NCBI GenBank assembly: GCA_001804285.1
Contig: MHFR01000037.1
Location: 85,952-149,951 of the forward strand
DNA length: 64,000 nucleotides
From: Candidatus Danuiimicrobium aquiferis
GTDB lineage: Bacteria; Omnitrophota; Omnitrophia; Omnitrophales; Danuiimicrobiaceae
Direction: 5' to 3'
In this document: one piece after another, positions 8,787 to 18,353 of the stretch
Layout of the letters: every line of letters begins with the position of its first letter
Position numbering within the stretch: the stretch's first letter is position 1
The notes under the pieces: model-generated
The model's input: the letters and a program-made list of their open reading frames with translations, nothing else
Told to the model about the DNA's origin: nothing
The model's database searches: none
Made by a program: the position numbers and the translations under genes

Positions 8787-10169
8787 CTAATTTTCTTTCC
8801 CATCCGATTCGATCCCATATTTTTTAAGTTTATAGTGTAATGCCTGCCGGGTCAAATGAAGTTTCTTGGCCGCTTTGTTCTTATTTCCCTTTTCTTCTTT
8901 TAATGCTTCCTCAATAATATCCCGCTCAAACGACTCCACCGACTGCTTTAAATCATCTTGGATATTTATCGTCTTCCCCTGCGATAAACTTAAGTTGCCC
9001 GCATTAAGCGCATTTCTGACCGCATTGGCATCAATCACATCTCCTTCAAGTAGCGTAATTAACCGCTCCAAAACATTTTCAAGCTCCCGGATATTTCCCG
9101 GCCACGAATGATCCTGAAATACCGCCATTCCTTCCGGTGTCACTTGAAGTTTTTTCTTAACGTTGTTGCGGGCACTAAAAAGACCAAGGAAATAATAGAC
9201 AAAAACCGGAATATCATCTTTGCGGTTCCTGAGCGGCGGCAAAACAATCGGAATCACATTTAACCGATAAAACAAATCTTCTCTGAATTTTTTTGCTTTA
9301 ATTTCTTCATGGAGATTTTTGCTTGTCGCCGCAAGTAGCCTGAAATCCACCGAAATATCCCGGACACCACCAAGACGCTTAAAATTCCGCTCTTGTAATA
9401 CTCTTAACAACTTGACCTGCAAATTAACGGACATATCGCCGATTTCATCAAGAAGAAACGTCCCCTCTTCGGCGAGTTCAAACAAACCTTCCTTCGTCGC
9501 ACCCGCTCCGGTGAAAGCGCCTTTCTCGTAACCAAACAGTTCGCTTTCAAGCAATGTCTCGGGAAGTGCGGCACAATTAATGCTAACGAACGGACCTTTC
9601 GCACGTTTCGAATGATAATGAATCGCGCGCGCCACCATTTCCTTTCCCGTTCCGCTTTCCCCCATGATTAATACGGAACTATCCGTTTTCGCCACTTTTT
9701 CGATCAAGCCAAAAACGCTTTTCATCTCGGGCGTCGCCCCGATAAAATTTTTCAAATTATATTTTTCGTGGAGACTGACATTCTTCCCTGTAAACTCAGG
9801 CATCAGGCGCTTTTGACTGAGCGCTTTTTTGACGGCATTTAGAAGATCATCGATTTTGAATGGTTTGACAAGATAATCACACGCACCGGCACGAATGGCT
9901 TTGACTGCGGATTCAATCGAGGCATAAGCCGTAATCAATAGAATATTGATTTCCGGATTAATCGTTTTTGTTTTTTGAATCAGGCCGATCCCGTCAATCC
10001 CGGGCATGACTAAATCTGTGATAACCAAATCGGGGTTTACTTTTTGAATCGTTGCAATCGCTTCACTCGAATCCGCGAAGCACTGGACATCATAACCTTC
10101 CCCGGTCAGCGCTTCCCGAAGCATCGTTCTGATATTCGCTTCGTCATCAATTACGTATATGTTGGGCAT
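8787..10169 (-). CDS. pilR: sigma-54-dependent two-component response regulator (NtrC family; PilR-like by context)
   Basis: 460 aa. The receiver domain has IYVIDDE...DLVITDLVMPGIDG. The sigma-54 AAA+ domain has GESGTGKE...ESELFGYEKGAFTGA. A C-terminal Fis-type HTH follows. It sits between a PilS-like kinase and the pilin genes. Confidence 0.8.
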   Translation of the reverse strand: MPNIYVIDDEANIRTMLREALTGEGYDVQCFADSSEAIATIQKVNPDLVITDLVMPGIDGIGLIQKTKTINPEINILLITAYASIESAVKAIRAGACDYLVKPFKIDDLLNAVKKALSQKRLMPEFTGKNVSLHEKYNLKNFIGATPEMKSVFGLIEKVAKTDSSVLIMGESGTGKEMVARAIHYHSKRAKGPFVSINCAALPETLLESELFGYEKGAFTGAGATKEGLFELAEEGTFLLDEIGDMSVNLQVKLLRVLQERNFKRLGGVRDISVDFRLLAATSKNLHEEIKAKKFREDLFYRLNVIPIVLPPLRNRKDDIPVFVYYFLGLFSARNNVKKKLQVTPEGMAVFQDHSWPGNIRELENVLERLITLLEGDVIDANAVRNALNAGNLSLSQGKTINIQDDLKQSVESFERDIIEEALKEEKGNKNKAAKKLHLTRQALHYKLKKYGIESDGKEN

Positions 10170-10243
10170 TTGTTAGTTCCGAGTTTAAACTTCAAAGTTT
10201 CGAGTTTGAAGTTTATAGAAGCGGTTTCATAAGCTCAAATTAG

Positions 10244-10438
10244 TGTCATTCCCGCGAAAGCGGGAATCCACAAATAGTGGTTTCCCCCCGGGCAAGCCCG
10301 GGGCACCTTCCAACATCTGGCCTCGCTGGGAATTTTTTCGTTCCCTGCTCGGCTCGCCCTTCGGGCGCCATCCCCCCCGGACAAGTCCGGGGAGCCCAAA
10401 GCGGCGTATGGATCCCCGCTTCCGCGGGGATGACAGCC
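10244..10438. repeat. cluster of family A palindromic repeats plus GC-rich hairpins
   Basis: tgtcattcccgcgaaagcgggaatcc at 10244-10270; the ccccgggcaagcccgggg hairpin; ggatccccgcttccgcggggatgacag at 10412-10438. This explains the overlapping spurious ORFs 10243..10704(+) and 10246..10452(-). Confidence 0.8.
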
Positions 10439-10494
10439 CTTATAAAAACCACTTCTCTTTTCCGGTTTACAGTCCTTCGCCATCATTTGCACCG

Positions 10495-10547
10495 AAAAAG
10501 GGGACAGGCAATCGCTCCAAGGGACCCATATGCCTGTCCCCTTTTTC
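10495..10547 (-). terminator. bidirectional rho-independent terminator (repeat family D hairpin) after pilS
   Basis: aaaaag-gggacaggca-[20 nt loop]-tgcctgtccc-ctttttc. An A-run lies upstream and a T-run downstream, so it could terminate on both strands. The same element occurs inside rimO (21642-21697), and a half-copy lies at 12001-12030. Confidence 0.55.
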
Positions 10548-10548
10548 T

Positions 10549-11787
10549 TCATCCACCCGGCAATATAATTTCAACTCGCGTTCCCTTCCCTGCTTCACTC
10601 TTGACGCGAATGGTCCCTTCATGTTGTGTTACAATTTTATGAGCCTCGGCAAGCCCCAACCCCGTCCCGTTCTTCTTAGTCGTTTTAAACGGAACAAAAA
10701 TTGAATTTAATGTCTCACGGCTCATCCCCGAACCTGTATCTTCAATGATCATTGACACCTGGTTTCGCGACGGCCGCGCATCAATGACCAAGTCCCCGCC
10801 CTCAGGCATCGCCTGATGCGCATTAATCAAAACATTCATCACGGCCTGTTTTAAAAATTCCGGATCTGCCTTCAACCTGATTTTCTTGCCCTTATATAAT
10901 CGGCTAACTTTGACCTGAGGCTGATAGCCATCTTGATGTTCCAGTAAAAGCAGCACCTGATCCATAAACGATTCGAAATCAATTGAAGATAATTTCAATT
11001 CCGGAATCCGCGAATAATCTAAAAGCCCGCTAAAAATTCGCTTTACCCGGCTCGATTCTTCAACAATCGCCGTCATCAGGTTTTGCTGGTTTTCATTTAA
11101 ACGGTCATTCAGCTGCCGGGCCAAAAGTTCTACCGTCCCGCTGATCGACGCCAGCGGATTGCGGATTTCGTGGGCAATACTTGAAGTCACCTGCCCGAGA
11201 AAAACAAGCCGTCTTTGCATTCTGACCTGTTTTTCAAGCCGGAGGATATGCGCGGAAAAATAATAAGTCAAAATTGATACAATCACAAAAACCGTTATTT
11301 TGACATAACACGCATAAAACACATAAACAGCATCCGGCGTACTGATAAAATCGGGAGAAGGTAAAATATACGCAAAGGGAAGCCAGTGTTTTTGATATGC
11401 CAAAACAGTAAAGGTGAAAACAATTCCACTCAGAGCCGCGGCATAAAAACTGGCGTAAGGAAGTAAAACAAAACTCGAGCTAATAATCGTCAGGATATAA
11501 ATCGTCGAATAGACGCTGTCGATTCCTCCGGTATAATAGATCAAAATACTTTCGATCAGCAAATCAAAAAAGATTTGAATGTACGCCAACAGCGTCAAGC
11601 TTTTACCGGTTAGCCACCAAAGAACATAAATAATACTAAGAATCGATATAATTGAAATGATCGCGTAATAGACGGTAAGATTGATTTTAAAAACAAATTG
11701 AGCGCAAAACAAAAAGAACGTCGCAACAAAAAGCCGCGCAATAATGAGCGTTCTGACTCGCGTCGTTTGTTTGAGTGATGGAGCCAT
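10549..11787 (-). CDS. pilS: membrane sensor histidine kinase (PilS-like)
   Basis: 412 aa. About six N-terminal TM helices lead directly into HisKA (SIAHEIRNPLASISG) and a HATPase_c domain (DTGSGM...GTGLGL). It lies upstream of, and was presumably co-regulated with, the NtrC-type regulator. Confidence 0.7.
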   Translation of the reverse strand: MAPSLKQTTRVRTLIIARLFVATFFLFCAQFVFKINLTVYYAIISIISILSIIYVLWWLTGKSLTLLAYIQIFFDLLIESILIYYTGGIDSVYSTIYILTIISSSFVLLPYASFYAAALSGIVFTFTVLAYQKHWLPFAYILPSPDFISTPDAVYVFYACYVKITVFVIVSILTYYFSAHILRLEKQVRMQRRLVFLGQVTSSIAHEIRNPLASISGTVELLARQLNDRLNENQQNLMTAIVEESSRVKRIFSGLLDYSRIPELKLSSIDFESFMDQVLLLLEHQDGYQPQVKVSRLYKGKKIRLKADPEFLKQAVMNVLINAHQAMPEGGDLVIDARPSRNQVSMIIEDTGSGMSRETLNSIFVPFKTTKKNGTGLGLAEAHKIVTQHEGTIRVKSEAGKGTRVEIILPGG

Positions 11788-11868
11788 GCATACTTTCCTT
11801 TACTATTCAAAAAAAGGGACTGGCATGAATGGCGCTGATTTAACAACTTTTTCAGCAAATCCCTACCG

Positions 11869-11968
11869 CTGGATCCCCGCTTTCGCGGGGATGACACTTC
11901 AGACAAACTATTTAGCCTACTGAACTTCCATTCCTTTGCTTGTCATTCCCGCGGAAGCGGGAATCCAG
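11869..11968. repeat. family A palindromic repeats (two inverted copies)
   Basis: ggatccccgctttcgcggggatgacac ... tgtcattcccgcggaagcgggaatcc. Confidence 0.8.
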
Positions 11969-12030
11969 AAAAAACGCTGGATTTCCCTTAAGTCAATGCC
12001 ATTCGTGCCTGTCCCCTTTTTGTAATCATA

Positions 12031-13254
12031 TCACTTAAGAGCTGATGTTAACGTGAGAATCGGCAAAAACATCGCGATCACAATCGCGCCGATCACAATT
12101 CCCAAAAATGCAATGACGAGAGGTTCAATCATTGCCGTCAACCCCGTCACAGCCGTGTCCACCTGAACATCGTAAAAATCCGCAATTTTGGTCAGCATCT
12201 TATCGAGTTCACCGGTTTCTTCGCCAACTCCCACCATGCGAACTACCATCGGCGGAAAAATCTTCTTTCTTGCCAGAGGGCCCGAGATCGTTTCCCCTTC
12301 TTTAATGGAATTTGCCACTTCGCCGATTAAAATTTCGATCAGCCGGTTTCCGGCTGTTTTGCCGACAATTTCCAAAGATCCTAAAATCGGAACGCCGCTT
12401 TTGAGTAATGTCGACAAGGTCCTCGAAAATTTACTGACTGCCACCTTCAGAAAAAGCGGCCCGAAAATCGGCATTTTAAGTAAGCTTGAATCAAACCACA
12501 GCCGTCCTTTTTTGGTATTGATAAACCGAAGAACCAAGAAAATCAACACAACCAATCCAATTGCGATCAAAATAAAATTCCCTCTTAGGAAATCGCTGAT
12601 TGCGAGCAGAATTTTGGTCGGAGCCGGAAGCGGTGCATTCAGGCTTGTAAAAATTCCCGCAAACTTAGGAACGACAAACGTCATCATTCCCATCGTTATA
12701 ATGCCCGCCATGCTCGCAACCACAGACGGATAAACCAACGCCGATTTAATTTTCTTTTGCAGGGCTGCTGACTTTTCAATATAAGTGGCAAGCCGGTCCA
12801 GGATTTCCTCCAAACTACCGCTCGATTCTCCCGCCTTCACCATGCTGATAAATAATTCACTAAAAACCTTGCGATGTTTTTCAAGCGCTTCTGATAAACT
12901 TTTCCCGCTTTCGACATCATCATGCAGCCGGATGATGACGTCTTGCATCGTCACATTCTCAGCCTGTTCGGCTAATATATTTAAAGACTGAACAAGCGGC
13001 ACACCGGCTTCGACCATGGTCGCAAGCTGCCGTGACAAAATCACCAAATCATCCTGCTTGATTTTCTTACGCTGCTTGCCTTTCCCGGGCGATTTCGAAA
13101 AAAGCTGTATTCTCGGCTTGGCTTCGGTAATGCGAACAATTAAATACCCCTGCTGCCGGAGCGCCGCAACAAGGGTATTCACATCCGTCGACTCTTGGGA
13201 GCCTGAAATACTTTTACCTTCCTGATCTTTGACTAAATATTCAAATGTTGGCAT
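12031..13254 (-). CDS. pilC: type II secretion system F family / type IV pilus platform protein PilC
   Basis: 407 aa with two GspF repeats and three TM segments. It lies immediately downstream of the PilB-type ATPases. Confidence 0.85.
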   Translation of the reverse strand: MPTFEYLVKDQEGKSISGSQESTDVNTLVAALRQQGYLIVRITEAKPRIQLFSKSPGKGKQRKKIKQDDLVILSRQLATMVEAGVPLVQSLNILAEQAENVTMQDVIIRLHDDVESGKSLSEALEKHRKVFSELFISMVKAGESSGSLEEILDRLATYIEKSAALQKKIKSALVYPSVVASMAGIITMGMMTFVVPKFAGIFTSLNAPLPAPTKILLAISDFLRGNFILIAIGLVVLIFLVLRFINTKKGRLWFDSSLLKMPIFGPLFLKVAVSKFSRTLSTLLKSGVPILGSLEIVGKTAGNRLIEILIGEVANSIKEGETISGPLARKKIFPPMVVRMVGVGEETGELDKMLTKIADFYDVQVDTAVTGLTAMIEPLVIAFLGIVIGAIVIAMFLPILTLTSALK

Positions 13255-13409
13255 AGGTATCCTTTTGAATTAAAAAAACATAATGACCAAACCCCAATGA
13301 CGCAAAGTATCACAAAATGACAAATTCCAATTTGAAATTTATCTTTTTGGGATTTCCTTGGTCATTGACACTTGGACATTGGAATTTCATCTTCATCCTG
13401 TTTTTGTTA

Positions 13410-15104
13410 TCAATCCTCAATCGCTGCCACTCTCAGAACCTCTTCAAGCGTCGTTTCACCGTTCTCGAAAGACATCAGCGCATCTTCAAATAACGACCTC
13501 ATTCCCTTTTTTCTTGCGACTTGTTCTATTTCCTGAGTTGAGCGATTCTCAATCACCATCTGCTGGATTTCTTCATCCATCACTAAAATTTCCATCGTGG
13601 CAATACGCCCCCGGTATCCAGTATTTCGGCAATAATTGCATCCTTCTCCACGTTTGGCTTGAATTTTCCGGACCCAATCGTGTTTTCCCCCTACCCGTGC
13701 TAATACATCGGCTGAAATAGAATAAGGCTTTCGGCACCGGGGACAAGACCTTCGCATCAGCCGCTGAGCCGTCACGGCAATCAGTGAAGAAGCAATCAAA
13801 AACGGCTCGACATCCATATCCGCAAGCCGTGTCATCGCACCACAGGCGTTATTCGTGTGAAGCGTACTGAATACCAAATGACCGGTCAACGCCGACTTAA
13901 CGGCAATATCGGCCGTTTCGCCGTCACGGATTTCTCCTACGAGAATCACGTCCGGACTTTGCCTTAATAAGGATCGGAGACCGTTCGCAAAAGTTAAGCC
14001 AATATCCGCATTTGCCTGTGTCTGAGTGATTCCTTGGATCTGATATTCCACAGGGTCTTCAATCGTCATAATATTCCGGTCCTTGGTATTAAACTGATTC
14101 AGGATTGAGTACAACGTCGTCGATTTTCCGCTTCCCGTTGGCCCTGTGACCAAAACCATTCCATAGGGCCGTTTGATCGCTTCCTGAAGTTTTTGAACGC
14201 TCGATGAGGTAAACCCAAGGACCTCGAGCCCCAGCTTAACGTTTGACTTGTCCAATATTCTGAGAACCACTTTCTCTCCGTGATAGGTTGGAAGAATAGA
14301 TACGCGAAAATCAATTTCACTATGCTCAAACCGGACCTTGAAGCGGCCGTCCTGAGGAAGCCGTTTTTCCGTAATATCCAAATCGGAAACAATTTTAATG
14401 CGCGTTAAAATAGCATTATACATTTCCCGCGGTGGGGAATGCGCTTCCCTGAGCGCACCGTCAATGCGATATCGGATCCGCAGCCGCGTTTCATAAGGCT
14501 CAAAATGAATATCCGACGCACGGTTTGAAATAGCATCTTGTAAAATTAAATTGACCATCCGTATGACCGGCGCTTCATCCGCGGAAAATTTTTCTTCGGA
14601 AGACACCCCCATTTGCACGCCAACCACTTCGACGGAATCCGCGTCAAAATCCTCGACCAAATCCTCAAATTTCACATCCATCGCGTAGTAATTCTCAATC
14701 GCGGCCTGAATATCTTTAGACGTTGCGATGACCGGCCGAACATGACATTGGGTGATCTCTTTCACATCATCAATAGCATAAATATCCAGGGGATCGCTCA
14801 TCGCAATGGTGACCGTATTCCCAATTTTCGAAATAGGAATCAATTCGTAGCGCTCTGCAATTTTTTTCGGAATGATCTCCACATATCTGGGATCGATTTT
14901 ATACGCATTCAGATTAAGAATCGGAATCTTAAGCTCTGTGCTTAACAACACGCATAAATCCTTTTCCGGGATAATGCCTTCGTCCACCAGAATGTGAAGT
15001 AATTTTTTCCCGCTGGATTGCTGCATTTCATGCAGACGGTCCAGATCCTCTTTCGAAATCATCTTATTTTTCTTAATAATATTAATCAGGCTATCTGTTT
15101 TCAT
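13410..15104 (-). CDS. pilB: type IV pilus assembly / T2SS ATPase, GspE/PilB family
   Basis: 564 aa. N-terminal GSPII_E_N domain; Walker A GPTGSGKSTT; Asp and His boxes; C-terminal tetracysteine CPRC...CNYC. Confidence 0.85.
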   Translation of the reverse strand: MKTDSLINIIKKNKMISKEDLDRLHEMQQSSGKKLLHILVDEGIIPEKDLCVLLSTELKIPILNLNAYKIDPRYVEIIPKKIAERYELIPISKIGNTVTIAMSDPLDIYAIDDVKEITQCHVRPVIATSKDIQAAIENYYAMDVKFEDLVEDFDADSVEVVGVQMGVSSEEKFSADEAPVIRMVNLILQDAISNRASDIHFEPYETRLRIRYRIDGALREAHSPPREMYNAILTRIKIVSDLDITEKRLPQDGRFKVRFEHSEIDFRVSILPTYHGEKVVLRILDKSNVKLGLEVLGFTSSSVQKLQEAIKRPYGMVLVTGPTGSGKSTTLYSILNQFNTKDRNIMTIEDPVEYQIQGITQTQANADIGLTFANGLRSLLRQSPDVILVGEIRDGETADIAVKSALTGHLVFSTLHTNNACGAMTRLADMDVEPFLIASSLIAVTAQRLMRRSCPRCRKPYSISADVLARVGGKHDWVRKIQAKRGEGCNYCRNTGYRGRIATMEILVMDEEIQQMVIENRSTQEIEQVARKKGMRSLFEDALMSFENGETTLEEVLRVAAIED

Positions 15105-15107
15105 GGT

Positions 15108-16847
15108 TTACCGTTCCAGTATTTCAATTTCTTGATCGCCGGCCGTCACACGCACCACTTCATCAAGCGACGTCTCGCCCGCCAACACTCGTTGGATTCC
15201 GCTCTCACGCAATGTCGTCATTCCTTTTCTACGGGCCGCTTTCTTAATATCCTCGGCGTTAGCACTTTTAAGGATTAATTCTTTGATTTCCGGCGTCAAC
15301 ACAAGGATCTCGGTAATCACCGTGCGGCCCGCGAAACCAAGCGACCGGCATTTTGCGCATCCTTCCGGATGATAAAGGGTCGGATGTTCTTTGATGTTAA
15401 TTTTAAAACGCTTCGCCGTTTCCTCATCCAGCGGCTTCGGAACCTTACACACAGGACACAACCTTCGAATCAGCCGCTGCGCCGTCACCATCAATATGGA
15501 TGACGTGATTAAAAATGGTTCAACCCCCATATTGATAATTCGAATAATGGAGCTCGTCGCATCGTTCGTATGAAGCGTGCTTAAAACGAGGTGCCCGGTC
15601 AGCGCCGCTTTGATCGCAATATCAATCGTCGTTTGGTCACGGATTTCTCCGATCAAAATAATGTCAGGGTCCTGACGTAAAATAGATCTGAGCGCGCCGG
15701 GGAATGTGAGCCCGATTTGTTCGCGGATATTTACTTGATTCGCGCCATCCATTTGATATTCAACCGGATCTTCAACCGTGGTAATATTTTTCTCTATCGA
15801 ATCAATGTGCTTTAAAACCGAATAAAGAGTGGTGGTCTTACCGCTGCCCGTCGGCCCGGTCACCAGAATCATCCCGTTCGGCTTAAACGCGCACGATTTA
15901 AGTTCTCCAAGCTCCTTCGCCGAAAAACCCAGTTTATCCAAATTGTGTGCCTGAGATTTTTTATCCAAAATACGAAGACACACTTTTTCACCAAAACAGG
16001 TCGGCAGAATCGAAACGCGAACATCCACTTCGTGGTTCTGTATCTTGACTTTGAAACGCCCATCCTGAGGAACCCGCCGCTCGGCAATATCCAATTGGCT
16101 CATCACTTTAAATCTTGAGACAAGAGCCGAGCCAATCGCCTTGGGTGGTGATTTAAGTTCTTCAAGAATCCCGTCTACGCGGCACCGGACTCTCAGGGAT
16201 GTTTCCCAAGGTTCGATAAAAAGGTCGCTCGCCTTTCGTTTAATCGCGTCGACAAGCAACGCATTCGCCACTTTAATGACCGGGGTTTCCTGAGCTTGTC
16301 TTAAGAGGTCGAGTGTTTTAACTTCTTCTTCCTGGTTTTTTGTTTCCTGGACAATTCGGATGAGATCCTCAATCGTTTCTTCCTGGTGAGGAAGAATGTC
16401 TACATCACTTGCGGGATAATACTTTTGAATGGCTTTCTGAATTTCACCGGCCAAGGCCACAACCGGTCGGATTCGCATATTAGTAATCGCTTTCAAATCA
16501 TCAATAATGGCAAGATCGTTCGGGATTTCCATGGCAACGGTTAAAGAATTATCATAGACCGAAATTGGCATGACTTTGTGTTTATTCACAAACGTCGGAG
16601 GGATCATCTGGATAACTTCTTCCGCAATTTTAAACAGATTCGGATTAACGGGCGGACACTTAAATTCATCGCTCAAAAACAGCATCGCGGCCTGAGCATC
16701 GATGAGTTTCAAATCAATCGCAATTTCGATTTGACTTTTCTTGGCCTTGTTTTTTTCATCCAGAACCAAAGGAAGATCTTCTTGCCGGATCAACTTCTTG
16801 GTGACCAGCTTTTTCAGTATCCCATCATTCCAATTATTCTCATCCAT
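15108..16847 (-). CDS. second GspE/PilB-family secretion ATPase (paralogue)
   Basis: 579 aa. N-terminal GSPII_E_N domain; Walker A GPTGSGKTTT; C-terminal CPVC...CAKC. Confidence 0.85.
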   Translation of the reverse strand: MDENNWNDGILKKLVTKKLIRQEDLPLVLDEKNKAKKSQIEIAIDLKLIDAQAAMLFLSDEFKCPPVNPNLFKIAEEVIQMIPPTFVNKHKVMPISVYDNSLTVAMEIPNDLAIIDDLKAITNMRIRPVVALAGEIQKAIQKYYPASDVDILPHQEETIEDLIRIVQETKNQEEEVKTLDLLRQAQETPVIKVANALLVDAIKRKASDLFIEPWETSLRVRCRVDGILEELKSPPKAIGSALVSRFKVMSQLDIAERRVPQDGRFKVKIQNHEVDVRVSILPTCFGEKVCLRILDKKSQAHNLDKLGFSAKELGELKSCAFKPNGMILVTGPTGSGKTTTLYSVLKHIDSIEKNITTVEDPVEYQMDGANQVNIREQIGLTFPGALRSILRQDPDIILIGEIRDQTTIDIAIKAALTGHLVLSTLHTNDATSSIIRIINMGVEPFLITSSILMVTAQRLIRRLCPVCKVPKPLDEETAKRFKINIKEHPTLYHPEGCAKCRSLGFAGRTVITEILVLTPEIKELILKSANAEDIKKAARRKGMTTLRESGIQRVLAGETSLDEVVRVTAGDQEIEILER

Positions 16848-16879
16848 CTTCGTCTATTTCAGGTTGTCTTATTGAGTTC

Positions 16880-16990
16880 TGCAAATTCCCCCCTCTCCCT
16901 CAGGGAGAGGGTTGGGGTGAGGGTGGATTGAACTCGTTCATAAGCCCCCTCACCTCTATCCTCTCCCCCTTTTAAGGGGGCGAGGAATAT
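16880..16990. repeat. GC-rich hairpin repeat, family E
   Basis: ccctctccctcagggagaggg ... ccccctcacc ... ctcccccttttaagggggcgagg. A similar cccc/gggg hairpin block lies at 22150-22260. Confidence 0.6.
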
Positions 16991-17031
16991 GGGAAAAAGC
17001 GCACAACTCAGGTTTCTTATTACCCTTTCAG

Positions 17032-17553
17032 TTAATCAGACGCTTTCTCTTTCTTGTGTTCCACCGCGGAACGAAAAGAGATGTTCGACACATTTTTATC
17101 CGGCGAACCTTCCTTTTCCATCTTAATATGGAACTGCTGCGAGATGACTGACGTAATCTCCGCGGGCGTTGCGACAAACACCTGAACTTTACATTGAGTC
17201 GCAGCTTCAAGCTCTTCAACCGCTTTTTCGTTTGTCGGATCTGCAATCACCACCGTCAGAAGGTTTCCTATCCGGTCGAGCGGAACACATAAATATTTCT
17301 TCATCAGTTCAGCGGGGATGATACGAAGGACCGTTTCGTTAATCGAAAAATTGGACACCGGCAAATAGGGCACATTAAATTGCGTTGCCAACGCAACCAC
17401 AATATCTTCTTCCGTCACATAACCCATTTGGATTAAAATTTCTCCGATTAGCTTTCCGGATTCGTGTTTTTGCCGATCTAAAGCTGCCTGAAGCTGATCG
17501 TTTGTGATCGAGCCGTGCTCGATTAAAATCTCCCCGAGTCTCTTCATACACAT
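17032..17553 (-). CDS. stand-alone GspE-N-terminal (MshEN-like) domain protein, putative c-di-GMP receptor
   Basis: 173 aa. RLGEILIEHGSITNDQLQAALDRQ closely fits the published MshEN c-di-GMP-binding motif RLGxx(L/V/I)(L/V/I)xxG(L/V/I)(L/V/I)xxxx(L/V/I)xxx(L/V/I)xxQ. The rest is T2SS_E_N-like and has no ATPase core. Confidence 0.6.
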   Translation of the reverse strand: MCMKRLGEILIEHGSITNDQLQAALDRQKHESGKLIGEILIQMGYVTEEDIVVALATQFNVPYLPVSNFSINETVLRIIPAELMKKYLCVPLDRIGNLLTVVIADPTNEKAVEELEAATQCKVQVFVATPAEITSVISQQFHIKMEKEGSPDKNVSNISFRSAVEHKKEKASD

Positions 17554-17701
17554 TCCTCAAAAGGTTGGAAATGAATGAGTTATTTTCGTTTCGATCAAAG
17601 TATAGCTTGCCGGATTTGGCGTTGCAAGGGACGGGAGGACGATTTCGCCCGCTTTCGACATCTTAAATTGCTTTAGAAAGTGAGGGATTAGTCTACGTAC
17701 A

Positions 17702-17777
17702 CCCGGTACCGTTTCCAAAAGTGCCGGGTTCTGGTTTAACGGCATTAGAACCTGGCACTTTTGGAAACGGTACCGGA
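17702..17777. repeat. 76-bp near-perfect palindromic element, family B
   Basis: cccggtaccgtttccaaaagtgccgggttctggtt-taacggcatt-agaacctggcacttttggaaacggtaccgg. It overlaps the 3' end of thpR and the spurious ORF 17557..17745. Further copies lie at 20724-20800 and as a half-copy at 21604-21640. Confidence 0.85.
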
Positions 17778-18353
17778 ACTCGTTTTAAAAGCAAACGAAT
17801 GAATGGGCTCGTAAATTGCCCCTTGAGGAGTCAGTGTACTTTTCATCAAAGACAGAGAGTCAACTTTCTCGCAGGGAAAATCCTGAAACAACGTCGCCGG
17901 AAAATGAACCGAACCAGATCGCACATTGGCTTTTAGACGCGCAATCGTCATGTGCGGTTTGAAGGGCCGGTCCTCAACAGGGAATTTCATCTTTTTCAAG
18001 ACTTGCTCTATCCGCTTCTTAAGTTGGGTCAACATATCAATATTTCCGCCGACTCCGGCCCAAATCAAGCGCGGTTTGCGTTCATCGGGAAACGCCCCGA
18101 TGCTTTCTAATGTCACTTCAAAAGGATTAAATTCGGAAGCCACAGGATCGAGCGCTTGAATGACCTTGTTTTTTTCTTCTTCCGTTATATTCCCAAAAAA
18201 ATAAAGGGTTAAATGCCAGTTTTCGGCCGGAAGAAATCGGAAATTTTTATATTCCAATTTGATCTTTTGGATGCGCTGATCTGCCGATTGCTTGAATTCG
18301 GCAGAAAATGGAATCGAGAGAAATGCTCTTACGGTTTCTTGATCCATGTCCAA
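17745..18353 (-). CDS. thpR: RNA 2',3'-cyclic phosphodiesterase (2H phosphoesterase, ThpR/LigT)
   Basis: 202 aa with two H-x-T-x motifs (HLTLYF and HMTIARL). The last ~13 codons, KTSSGTVSKSARF* including the stop, are encoded by the family B repeat. Confidence 0.75.
   Translation of the reverse strand: MDMDQETVRAFLSIPFSAEFKQSADQRIQKIKLEYKNFRFLPAENWHLTLYFFGNITEEEKNKVIQALDPVASEFNPFEVTLESIGAFPDERKPRLIWAGVGGNIDMLTQLKKRIEQVLKKMKFPVEDRPFKPHMTIARLKANVRSGSVHFPATLFQDFPCEKVDSLSLMKSTLTPQGAIYEPIHSFAFKTSSGTVSKSARF

Noticed and set aside
8636-8818. Long N-terminal extension of the second pilin ORF (MGSNRMGKKIRVMSFPHVNDVIPAQAGIHGS...)
   Set aside because: It is encoded by the family A palindromic repeat. 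A canonical prepilin leader starts at the internal Met (8635), so the extension is spurious.
10243-10704. Plus-strand ORFs 10243..10704 and 10277..10642, and minus-strand ORFs 10235..10552 and 10246..10452
   Set aside because: They are entirely made of REP translations (SFPRKRES, VIPAEAGIH, WIPAFAGMT) in the pilS-pilR intergenic region. Low complexity and no independent coding support.
12188-12733. Plus-strand ORFs antisense to pilC, pilB, infB, nusA and the giant ORFs (for example 12188..12733, 14613..14945, 31457..31885, 44137..44715, 58367..58948)
   Set aside because: They are antisense shadows of well-supported minus-strand genes, with biased, low-complexity composition and no recognisable motifs.
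17557-17745. ORF 17557..17745 (MPLNQNPALLETVPGVRR...)
   Set aside because: It is encoded by the family B palindrome. The same peptide (NQNPALLETVPG) appears wherever that repeat is read, including inside rimO.
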